A DNA stretch of 64,000 bases from a virus. Of this stretch, positions 29,291 to 37,926 are shown in pieces. The translations under genes and the position numbers were made by a program. The DNA is taken from the IMG/VR virus record IMGVR_UViG_3300037010_003037, positions 32,001 through 96,000 of that record. One strand, given 5' to 3'. Position 1 is the first letter of the stretch; every line of letters starts with the position of its first letter. The notes below the pieces were generated by a model, which was given only the letters and a program-made list of their open reading frames with translations, was not told where the DNA came from and ran no database searches.

Positions 29291-30181
29291 ATGACACGAG
29301 GAGTCGTATTATTTGGTGTAAACAACACTATGATAGACTATGTACAGCTATGTGTCATGGCCTCTGCTTTTGTAAAGAATAACATGCCAGGCACCCGTGT
29401 AGCACTCATTACAGATGAGTCAAGCTACTACGCGCAAGAATCTAAAGGGAAATGGCCACTTTCAGATTTCTTTGATAATGTAGTGATGATTCCACCACAT
29501 TTCAAAGAGAATTTTAGTAATAAACGAAAATATAAAGATACACGCTATTATGGTATTGATGCACCATTTCGTAATGAATCAAGAAGCTTAATTTATGAGC
29601 TTACTCCATATGATGAGACACTTTTAATTGATAGTGATTATTTAGTTTGCAATAATTCATTGAGCGCTGTTTGGGGGTCAAGTGAAGATGTAATGATTAA
29701 CACTAATGCAATTGGTTTGATGCATAATAAGCTTGAAGGGGCTGAGTTTAGGCTTAACCCGTTTGGAATTAAAATGCATTGGGCAACAGTCATTTACTTT
29801 AAGAAAAGTAAGCGCGCAAAACTTCTCTTTAATCTTGTAGAGCACATCAAAGAAAATTGGGATTTTTACAAGCTCACGTATGATTTCCCAGGTCATCTGT
29901 ACAGAAATGACTATGCTTTTTCCATTGCAATTCACATTCTAAATGGATTTGTTGAAAGCAGTGAGGTTGTAGCACCACTACCAGATAATAGTATCTTTAC
30001 TGCTCTCGATACAGATCAGTTCTATAAAATTAGATCTCCGTCTGATATGACATTCTTTGTGAATGACATCAAAGAAACATGGAAGTTCTATGCCACCCGT
30101 ATTAAGGGCCTAAATGTTCATTGTATGAACAAACTATCCTTGTTGAATAATATGGACAGTATCATGGAGGTCTTACAATGA
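29291..30181 (+). CDS. GT-A (GT8-like) glycosyltransferase-like protein
   Basis: TPYDETLLIDSD DxD motif; RNDYAFSIA; paralogue of the next gene. Confidence 0.7.
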   Translation: MTRGVVLFGVNNTMIDYVQLCVMASAFVKNNMPGTRVALITDESSYYAQESKGKWPLSDFFDNVVMIPPHFKENFSNKRKYKDTRYYGIDAPFRNESRSLIYELTPYDETLLIDSDYLVCNNSLSAVWGSSEDVMINTNAIGLMHNKLEGAEFRLNPFGIKMHWATVIYFKKSKRAKLLFNLVEHIKENWDFYKLTYDFPGHLYRNDYAFSIAIHILNGFVESSEVVAPLPDNSIFTALDTDQFYKIRSPSDMTFFVNDIKETWKFYATRIKGLNVHCMNKLSLLNNMDSIMEVLQ

Positions 30182-31041
30182 GCTCTCATGGGTTTTTTAC
30201 TATAGCACAGGGAAAAGAATATCAACGCCTTGCGTATGGACTAGCTCTATCTCTTAAGCTATCACAACCAGAACATTTGTCTAAATTGTCAATAGGGGTA
30301 ACTAAAGAAGAAAAATCTAGCATTGATCCAAAATACCTTGAAGTTTTTGATGAAGTTATCGAAATTCCATGGGAAGACCATGCGAAGAACAGCACATGGA
30401 AGCTAGAGAATGAATGGAAAGCCATCTATATGACACCATATGATGAGACGATCAAGCTAGATGCTGATATGCTATTTCCGACTGATATTAGTTATTGGTG
30501 GGAACTTTTATCTCTAAGCGATGGGGTTTTTGCTACATCTCCAAAGACATATCGTGGTGATATCATTACTAGTGATTTTTATCGCAAGACGTTTACAGAA
30601 AGTGATTTACCAAATGTATATACTGCGATGTTTTACTTCAAGAAAAATGATATAAACTTTGAACTGTTCAAGCTGGCTGAGTTCATCTTTAACAACTGGG
30701 AACGCTGCTTTTACGAATTCTTAAAACCAGACAATCGTCCTAAGTTTGTCTCTACAGATGTTGTGTTTGCCATCGCTGCAAAGATTTTGGATTACACGTC
30801 ATTGAATAAAACACCATTAGCAGATATTCCAACCTTTGTTCATATGAAAAGCCGACTGCAAGATTGGCCTGTTGACCAATTTATGGTTGAGGATTGGACA
30901 AAAATGATTCCTTATTATTTCAACAGAGATTGTACATTGAAAATTGGTAATTACGCTCAGCACTTACCTATTCATTATCACGTGAAGACCTTTTTAACGG
31001 ACAAGATGCTTCACACTATGGAAAGGAAGTTAGGACTATGA
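30178..31041 (+). CDS. GT-A (GT8-like) glycosyltransferase-like protein
   Basis: TPYDETIKLDADM DxD motif; STDVVFAIA; FVHMK. Confidence 0.7.
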   Translation: MSSHGFFTIAQGKEYQRLAYGLALSLKLSQPEHLSKLSIGVTKEEKSSIDPKYLEVFDEVIEIPWEDHAKNSTWKLENEWKAIYMTPYDETIKLDADMLFPTDISYWWELLSLSDGVFATSPKTYRGDIITSDFYRKTFTESDLPNVYTAMFYFKKNDINFELFKLAEFIFNNWERCFYEFLKPDNRPKFVSTDVVFAIAAKILDYTSLNKTPLADIPTFVHMKSRLQDWPVDQFMVEDWTKMIPYYFNRDCTLKIGNYAQHLPIHYHVKTFLTDKMLHTMERKLGL

Positions 31042-31865
31042 GCGCGCTACAAAATCTCATTAAGCAAATTAATCCGAACGTTGTTGCTTTTCAGGCATTT
31101 AAGAATAATCCAAAGTTTTATGCACATTTTGATCCAACTTCACTAAAGATCATCTCAATTAATGGTAAATCAAGCATAGAAAATCTTGGTAGTATTGAGC
31201 TTGATTATGAAATAGCACAAAAACTTCTTTCTGGAAAGGAAGATTTAAGCAAATGGATTGTTGGCGTAAAAAATGATAAGCCAACACTTGAGCGAATTGA
31301 TTCTGTTGACAGTTTTTTCATTAATCGTGTTGAACTAAATCCTATCATTAAACTTGATTTTAAGTCAACTGAAGAATATGACGATGAAGCAGAAGCCGCA
31401 AAGAAACGAAAACAAGCACTAAATGATGCGCTTGCTATAAAGCGCAAAAAAATTGAATCACTTATATCAAGAGCATCCCGTCCAAACTTCATGCCAAATG
31501 ATTATTGGCATGATCATATGTTAGTGCAACGAGCTGAACAAGTTACTGAAGATAATTATGATAGCATTTTTGATCTTATTATCAAGATTAACAGGGATGC
31601 AGGCACCGCATCATTCATTTACAATGGTGATATAATTTTAACTAAAGAAAAAATTCTTCGCTTTTACTTCACTAGAGAAGACGATCCATCGCATTTAAAA
31701 TGTGTCCTTAAATTAGATAAGAACACACTTGACAATGTCTTGAAAATAAACAATCTTGATAAATGGCCCAACCCACTTACGTTCAAAATTCCATTTGGAG
31801 CTGACGATTTATCAATTTATACAATTAAATCAGATCTAGAAATTATAGTGCTGGAGGAAAAATGA
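31038..31865 (+). CDS. Hypothetical protein within the glycosyltransferase operon
   Basis: 275-aa ORF with ATGA overlaps on both sides. Confidence 0.7.
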   Translation: MSALQNLIKQINPNVVAFQAFKNNPKFYAHFDPTSLKIISINGKSSIENLGSIELDYEIAQKLLSGKEDLSKWIVGVKNDKPTLERIDSVDSFFINRVELNPIIKLDFKSTEEYDDEAEAAKKRKQALNDALAIKRKKIESLISRASRPNFMPNDYWHDHMLVQRAEQVTEDNYDSIFDLIIKINRDAGTASFIYNGDIILTKEKILRFYFTREDDPSHLKCVLKLDKNTLDNVLKINNLDKWPNPLTFKIPFGADDLSIYTIKSDLEIIVLEEK

Positions 31866-32818
31866 GCAAGCATTCAATTACCGAGTTTGATGTCTTCTAT
31901 CTCTCATACGATGAACCACAAAAAGAAGAATTTTGGGCTAAAATTCAAGAACTAGCTCCATGGGCCAAACGAGTTGATGGTGTTAAGGGATTTGATTCAG
32001 CGCACAAGGCGTGTGCTGTGCAATCTGAAACTGATCGTTTTATCACAATTGATGGCGATAATATCGTTTATCCAGAGTTCTTTGAGCTAGAGCTAGATAT
32101 TCCTGATAATTTAAAGGACGCAACTCTTAGCTGGGCGGGTCGTAACATAATTAATGGGCTTGCGTATGGAAACGGTGGATTAAAACTTTGGACAAAAGAA
32201 TTTGTTCTCAATATGCGCACACATGAAAATGCGACACGTGATGAAGAGAAAGTAGATTTCTGCTGGGATGCTAAGTACGTACAACTCAACAACATTTATT
32301 CTGATACGTGTCCTAATGGCTCTCCATTCCAGGCATTTAGAGCTGGATTTAGAGAAGGAGTAAAGATGACGCTTGACAGAGGAATGAAGGCTGGTGAAGG
32401 ATCAGTATCACGATACGTTCATGAAAAAAATTATCGTCGCTTGCTTATCTGGGCATCTATTGGCGCTGATGTAGAAAATGGACTGTGGGCAATTTATGGA
32501 ACACGCCTTGGTATCTACATGGCAAACATTGAGGCATCATTTGATATCGCTCAAATTTCAGATTATGACTGGTTTAAGAATTACTTCTACAATGAGATTG
32601 CACCTATGCTAGAAGGTAATAAGACAGATAAGTGTTCACGAACTGGGCAGCGATGGGATAAGAACTTGCTGATTGAAAAAAGTAGAGAACTGTTAGCTCC
32701 GTTGCAAAAGAAACTTGGCATGAATATTACTGACATGACTCCAGAACAATCACTATTTTTCAAAACTGTATATGAGCCACCAGTTAGAAACGTTAATCCT
32801 TTAATGATTGAAAGCTGA
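31862..32818 (+). CDS. GT-A-fold glycosyltransferase-like protein
   Basis: FYLSYDEP, RVDGVKG, IDGD (DxD), YGNGGLKLW, AFRAGFREGVK; paralogue of the 43199 N-terminus. Confidence 0.65.
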   Translation: MSKHSITEFDVFYLSYDEPQKEEFWAKIQELAPWAKRVDGVKGFDSAHKACAVQSETDRFITIDGDNIVYPEFFELELDIPDNLKDATLSWAGRNIINGLAYGNGGLKLWTKEFVLNMRTHENATRDEEKVDFCWDAKYVQLNNIYSDTCPNGSPFQAFRAGFREGVKMTLDRGMKAGEGSVSRYVHEKNYRRLLIWASIGADVENGLWAIYGTRLGIYMANIEASFDIAQISDYDWFKNYFYNEIAPMLEGNKTDKCSRTGQRWDKNLLIEKSRELLAPLQKKLGMNITDMTPEQSLFFKTVYEPPVRNVNPLMIES

Positions 32819-33387
32819 TTTAGACATGGAACAGAACGCCTAAATTGTAAAGTAATTTTTAAAAACTAATTTTAATAGACACATATTCAAAATAAATTTA
32901 GATTTAATGTATTCATCTAATGAATTTAGTAAACTCGTGTAGAGTATATTCTTACAATGGATTAAATTTGAGAAATACTATGTTCAAACATTTTTTAACA
33001 TCCTAAATAAGAATAGGAATTTTGTTCAAACACAGCGTGTGATGACTATCAATGTGGGGCTATATTTAAATTTTACTGCATTCATGTAAGCTCATGTGAG
33101 GTAATAATATTAAGAGTTAAATATCCTCTCAAGAATTATTTCTATCATCTAATATTTTGCACTTTTCATCATTTCAAACAATACTGTTCTTCCAAAGGAT
33201 ATTATAAATAAAAGTGTTGACAAACTTGAAGAATAGTTTCATAAAAATGAAAATAAACTTTGAAATATTTGATAATGTGATAGTAATTTGTTGACAAAAA
33301 TTCTATAAAAACTAAAAAAAAAAGGCTACTGAGGAAAGTTGAATAAAACCTATTGTGTGTAAATCTTGAGTCAATGGTTAATGAAAA

Positions 33388-34302
33388 ATGAGAAAAACTA
33401 AATTATTTAGTGGTGATTTAACACAACAACAACAGATAACACGATTTAAACCAAATTCTGTTATGCTTTTTATTAATGGCAACAGAGATATAAATGATAC
33501 AGAAAAAGCCCTTAAAGAAAACAGAACAACTTATAGTCCGGCTGATGTAAATTATAAATTTAATAGTCATGGATTTAGATGTGATGAATTTGAAGAAACG
33601 AATTCACCGGTAATAGTTTTTACTGGCTGCTCATTTACGTTTGGTAGTAGCTTACCGTTAGAAGATGTATGGGCATACCGTGTAGTAAAAAGATTACGTG
33701 AAGAAGTAGATCCAAATATTAAGTATTTTAATATAGCAAAGCCTGGTGCATCTATAGATTCAATGGTTCGTGCCATTTTGGCATTTAGAAAACACTATAA
33801 TCCAGATGTAGTGGTTGGTTTGCTTCCTCAGATGATACGTTTAGAAATGTTTTGTGATCCGGGCGTAGTTAAAGAAGTTTTTTATGCGTCAGAAAACATA
33901 CGATCTTCAATTGATTATGTTGACCTACCTAATCATGCATTGCAAAATGTGAAAAACTATGAAGAGCTATTTTTCGGTGATCCTTTCTTAGATGCATATC
34001 GTCTGTCAAAAAATTTAGCTATGTTTGACATGTATCGAGAAATAACTGGTTGTGAAATGATTTTGTCATCATGGCAAAAATATGATGAATTATTTGAACA
34101 TATAGGTGATGATTATAGTCATTTGTTTACTCCTTTCTTTTATAATTGTGATATTACATGGCCGTTAAAAATTATAGGAAAGACAAGCAAATATGCTTTG
34201 GATGGTATGCATCCGGGACCAGCACATAATGAAGCTTTTGCTCATCTAATGTACCCACTGGTGAAAGCAGCTGTTGAAAAGAAAATAGCTAATAGAAAAT
34301 AA
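33388..34302 (+). CDS. SGNH/GDSL hydrolase-like protein, copy 1
   Basis: Block I GCSFTFG, block II NIAKPGAS, block V DGMHPG. Confidence 0.8.
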   Translation: MRKTKLFSGDLTQQQQITRFKPNSVMLFINGNRDINDTEKALKENRTTYSPADVNYKFNSHGFRCDEFEETNSPVIVFTGCSFTFGSSLPLEDVWAYRVVKRLREEVDPNIKYFNIAKPGASIDSMVRAILAFRKHYNPDVVVGLLPQMIRLEMFCDPGVVKEVFYASENIRSSIDYVDLPNHALQNVKNYEELFFGDPFLDAYRLSKNLAMFDMYREITGCEMILSSWQKYDELFEHIGDDYSHLFTPFFYNCDITWPLKIIGKTSKYALDGMHPGPAHNEAFAHLMYPLVKAAVEKKIANRK

Positions 34303-36291
34303 TTTGTCTAGATGTTTTTATATTGTCTTTAAAGAAATTAAAGATAGAAAAATAGAATGTCTAAATATAAAAAAAAGTTATTCACAGGTAATCTAAAAGA
34401 GCAGCATAATATTTGTCCTATGATGCCTAGCATAACTACACCTATTTGTGGTGTTAATTCTATACCTATTTGTGATAATGCAATCAAGGAAAATAGAACA
34501 GCTTATAGTCCTGCTGATGTAATATATAAGTCAAATAGTCATGGATTTAGATGTGATGAATTTGAAGAAACGAATTCACCGGTAATAGTTTTTACCGGTT
34601 GTTCATATACATTTGGTCTCTGTGTTCCACTAGAAGATGTATGGGCATACCGTATCATAAAAAGATTACGTGAAGAAGTAGATCCAAATATTAAGTATTT
34701 TAATATAGCAAAAGCAGGTTCATCTATAGATGCTATGATTCGCGCTCTTTTGACATTTAGAAAACACTATAATCCAGATGTTGTCGTTGGTTTGCTTCCG
34801 CCGAGATGGCGAATAGAATTGTTTTGTGATCCAGGAGAGATTAAAGACTTAGTACATCAATCAGTAAATTTACGTAAGTTATTTAGTTTTGATATTTCAT
34901 CTGAAACTGAAAAAGAAACACTACTCAAATACGAAGAGCTATTTCTTGGTGATCCTTTCTTAGATGCATATCGTCTGTCAAAAAATTTAGCTATGTTTGA
35001 CATGTATCGAGAAATAACTGGTTGTGAAATGATTTTGTCATCATGGCAAAAATATGATGAATTATTTGAACATATAGGTGATGATTATAGTCATTTGTTT
35101 ACTCCTTTTTGGATGGACCCTGATATAACTTGGCCAGTAAAAATTATAGGAAAAACAAGCAAATACGCTTTAGATGGTGGACATCCTGGACCAGCACATA
35201 ATGAAGCTTTTGCTCATCTAATGTACCCACTGGTGAAAGCAGCTGTTGAAAAGAAAATAATTAACAGAAAAACTAGTTCTTTAGAAGAATTAGAATAACT
35301 GTATCGAATTAAATTCAAAAACGAATATCAGTAAATATATCATTCATTTTATGATGATGTCTCGAAATTGATTAAACATACAAAAGAAAAGGACTAAAAT
35401 GGCTGAACATCAAATGATATTTGCAGGTGATCTAAAAACGCAATATTATGTTCGTCCTTTAGTGCCTAACATAACTACACCTATTCTTAATGTTAATTTA
35501 ATACCCACTATTGAAGAAGCTCTTAAAAAGAACAGAACAGCTTATAGTCCCGCTGATGTAATCTATAAGTCAAATAGTCATGGATATAGATGTGATGAAT
35601 TTGAAGAGACAGATGCCCCCGTAATAGTTTTTGTTGGCTGCTCATATACATTTGGCTCTGGCGTTCCACTAGAAGATGTATGGGCATACCGTGTAGTAAA
35701 AAGATTACGTGAAGAAGTAGATCCAAATATTAAGTATTTTAATATAGCAAAGCCTGGTGCATCTATAGATTCAATGGTTCGTGCCATTTTGGCATTTAGA
35801 AAACACTATAATCCAGATGTAGTGGTTGGTTTGCTTCCGCCGAGATGGCGAATAGAATTGTTTTGTGATCCAGGAGAGATTAAAGATCTTGTGTATCAAT
35901 CAGCAAATTTGCAGAAGTTATTTCGTCTTGCAAATTCATCTGAGGCTGCAAAAGAAACATTACGTAAGTATGAAGAGTTTTTTCTCGGTGATCCTTTCTT
36001 AGACGCATATCGTCTGTCAAAAAATTTAGCTATGTTTGACATGTATAGAGAAATAACTGGTTGCGAAATGATATTGTCTTCATGGCAAAATTATAAAGAG
36101 CTATTTAAACATGTAGGTGATGATTATAGTCATTTGTTTACTCCTTTTTGGATGGACCCTGATATAACTTGGCCAGTAAAAATTATAGGAAAAACAAGCA
36201 AATATGCTTTGGATGGTATGCATCCAGGACCAGCTCATAATGAAGCTTTTGCTCATCTAATGTACCCATTAGTAAAAGCTGCTGTTGAAAA
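33520..36291 (+). repeat. Three tandem ~1-kb imperfect direct repeats (gene triplication)
   Basis: By-eye alignment: 33659-33827 matches 35670-35838; 33976-34136 matches 34948-35108. Confidence 0.9.
34357..35298 (+). CDS. SGNH/GDSL hydrolase-like protein, copy 2
   Basis: GCSYTFG, NIAKAGSS, DGGHPG. Confidence 0.8.
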   Translation: MSKYKKKLFTGNLKEQHNICPMMPSITTPICGVNSIPICDNAIKENRTAYSPADVIYKSNSHGFRCDEFEETNSPVIVFTGCSYTFGLCVPLEDVWAYRIIKRLREEVDPNIKYFNIAKAGSSIDAMIRALLTFRKHYNPDVVVGLLPPRWRIELFCDPGEIKDLVHQSVNLRKLFSFDISSETEKETLLKYEELFLGDPFLDAYRLSKNLAMFDMYREITGCEMILSSWQKYDELFEHIGDDYSHLFTPFWMDPDITWPVKIIGKTSKYALDGGHPGPAHNEAFAHLMYPLVKAAVEKKIINRKTSSLEELE

Positions 36292-36319
36292 ACGAATAGA
36301 GAAAAATAGATTAGAGTGA
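35399..36319 (+). CDS. SGNH/GDSL hydrolase-like protein, copy 3
   Basis: GCSYTFG, NIAKPGAS, DGMHPG. Confidence 0.8.
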   Translation: MAEHQMIFAGDLKTQYYVRPLVPNITTPILNVNLIPTIEEALKKNRTAYSPADVIYKSNSHGYRCDEFEETDAPVIVFVGCSYTFGSGVPLEDVWAYRVVKRLREEVDPNIKYFNIAKPGASIDSMVRAILAFRKHYNPDVVVGLLPPRWRIELFCDPGEIKDLVYQSANLQKLFRLANSSEAAKETLRKYEEFFLGDPFLDAYRLSKNLAMFDMYREITGCEMILSSWQNYKELFKHVGDDYSHLFTPFWMDPDITWPVKIIGKTSKYALDGMHPGPAHNEAFAHLMYPLVKAAVEKRIEKNRLE

Positions 36320-36380
36320 ATGTATATCCAAACATAAATAATTCATACTAATCATCAAGAATAAAACACATATCTATATT

Positions 36381-37772
36381 ATGAGCAATCAGCAAAGAAT
36401 CACAAAACTTAAAGAAAAAATCGAGCAGATTAATGCTGTCAGCCCAACATTTTGCTTAGCAAAATGGAAACAAACAACAACAACGTTGTACAACGGCATG
36501 ACACATTCATGTCACCATCCCTCACCGCATAAAATTCAAGTTGAGGATATCAAGAATAACCCACGTGGCTTACATAATACACCTATCAAAATTGCTGCCC
36601 GTCAAGACATGTTAAATGGCATTCAAACAAAAGAATGTGACTATTGCTGGAATATTGAAAATCTAGGGCAACAACATTTTTCTGATAGGCATTACAAAAG
36701 CGCGTCTGAAAACATGGGTATCTGGCAAACTCTTGAAGAGGTAAAAGCATCAGGCCTTGGAGAAAATATTGACCCGGCATACATGGAAATTGCTTTTGAA
36801 AATACATGTAATTTTAAGTGCGCATACTGTTCTCCAGCCGTAAGTTCTCGTTGGATGGAAGAAGTGCAAGCCCATGGTCCATACCAATTACCTCATCATA
36901 CTCATCACCACTTGGATTGGCTGAAACAAACAGGACAATTTCCTATTCATCATAAAGAATATAACCCATATATTGAGGCATTTTGGAAGTGGTGGCCTGA
37001 ACTATACCAAAATTTGTACACCTTTCGTATTACAGGTGGTGAACCATTGCTCAGTGAAAACACCTGGAAGATCATTGACTACGTGATCGCTAACCCACGT
37101 AAAGACTTTAAGCTTGCTATCAACACGAACATGAACGTGCCTGCTAAGCTGATCGACCGCTTAATTAAAAGTATTAACGAACTTGAATCTAAAATACATG
37201 AGATTGACATTTTTACCTCAGCAGAAGGAACAGGAAAACAACAGGAATATTCACGTTTTGGCATGGAATGGGATGTGTTTGTAGCTAACTGCGAAAAATT
37301 TCTTGAACAAACACCAGAAAGCGTTCGGCTTCAGTTCATGACAACTGTTAACCTATTTTCATTTTCAACATTTGATAAGTTCTTGCTGTGGATTTCTGAT
37401 TTACGTGGCAAGTTCAACAAGGACGTTGCATATAGCCGAGTAGGCTTTTCTGTAGCTTATCTTCGTTGGCCTCAGTTCTTATCTTTGACACTTCTATCTT
37501 CAGAAGAAAAGGCTGATTTTGCTAGAAGACTACAAGCAGTTATTGACGAGACTAATTCTCGCCCACAGTTGCAGCGCTTTTATATAGAAGAAATTGATAT
37601 GATTCATCGTCTCATTGACTTCATTAACTCTGTAGAGAATGGCCAACAGATAGAGATTGAAAATTTTGCAGCGTTTGTAGATGAATATGATAAACGTAAA
37701 GGAACGAATTTTTTTGAGACGTTTCCAGAGCTTGTTGATTTATACAATCGCGGTAAAATCAGAAAAACTTAA
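36381..37772 (+). CDS. Radical SAM enzyme with N-terminal Cys-rich (permuted twitch/SPASM-like) domain
   Basis: CNFKCAYC, ITGGEPLL, INTN; N-terminal FCLAKW...SCHH...ECDYCW. Confidence 0.9.
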   Translation: MSNQQRITKLKEKIEQINAVSPTFCLAKWKQTTTTLYNGMTHSCHHPSPHKIQVEDIKNNPRGLHNTPIKIAARQDMLNGIQTKECDYCWNIENLGQQHFSDRHYKSASENMGIWQTLEEVKASGLGENIDPAYMEIAFENTCNFKCAYCSPAVSSRWMEEVQAHGPYQLPHHTHHHLDWLKQTGQFPIHHKEYNPYIEAFWKWWPELYQNLYTFRITGGEPLLSENTWKIIDYVIANPRKDFKLAINTNMNVPAKLIDRLIKSINELESKIHEIDIFTSAEGTGKQQEYSRFGMEWDVFVANCEKFLEQTPESVRLQFMTTVNLFSFSTFDKFLLWISDLRGKFNKDVAYSRVGFSVAYLRWPQFLSLTLLSSEEKADFARRLQAVIDETNSRPQLQRFYIEEIDMIHRLIDFINSVENGQQIEIENFAAFVDEYDKRKGTNFFETFPELVDLYNRGKIRKT

Positions 37773-37814
37773 TATAACTCTCATAAATAAAATTTTCAAC
37801 TTGTCTTCAAAACT

Positions 37815-37925
37815 ATGAAAAACCTATTAGATAAAATTAAAGAACTTATATCTCAATGGAAATATAAGAAAGCTAGAAAAAAGCGCTTGGCAGAAATGAA
37901 AAAGAAGGATCCATTCATTTATTAA
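37815..37925 (+). CDS. 36-aa basic peptide ending DPFIY (below ORF-track cutoff)
   Basis: MKNLLDKIKELISQWKYKKARKKRLAEMKKKDPFIY*; CATAAATA at 37782; ends 1 nt before the carbamoyltransferase ATG. Confidence 0.7.
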   Translation: MKNLLDKIKELISQWKYKKARKKRLAEMKKKDPFIY

Positions 37926-37926
37926 T

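Noticed and set aside
33388-36319. Diversity-generating retroelement (TR/VR pair) as the explanation for the SGNH repeats
   Set aside because: All three copies are full ORFs, the differences are not adenine-specific, and no reverse transcriptase is in the window
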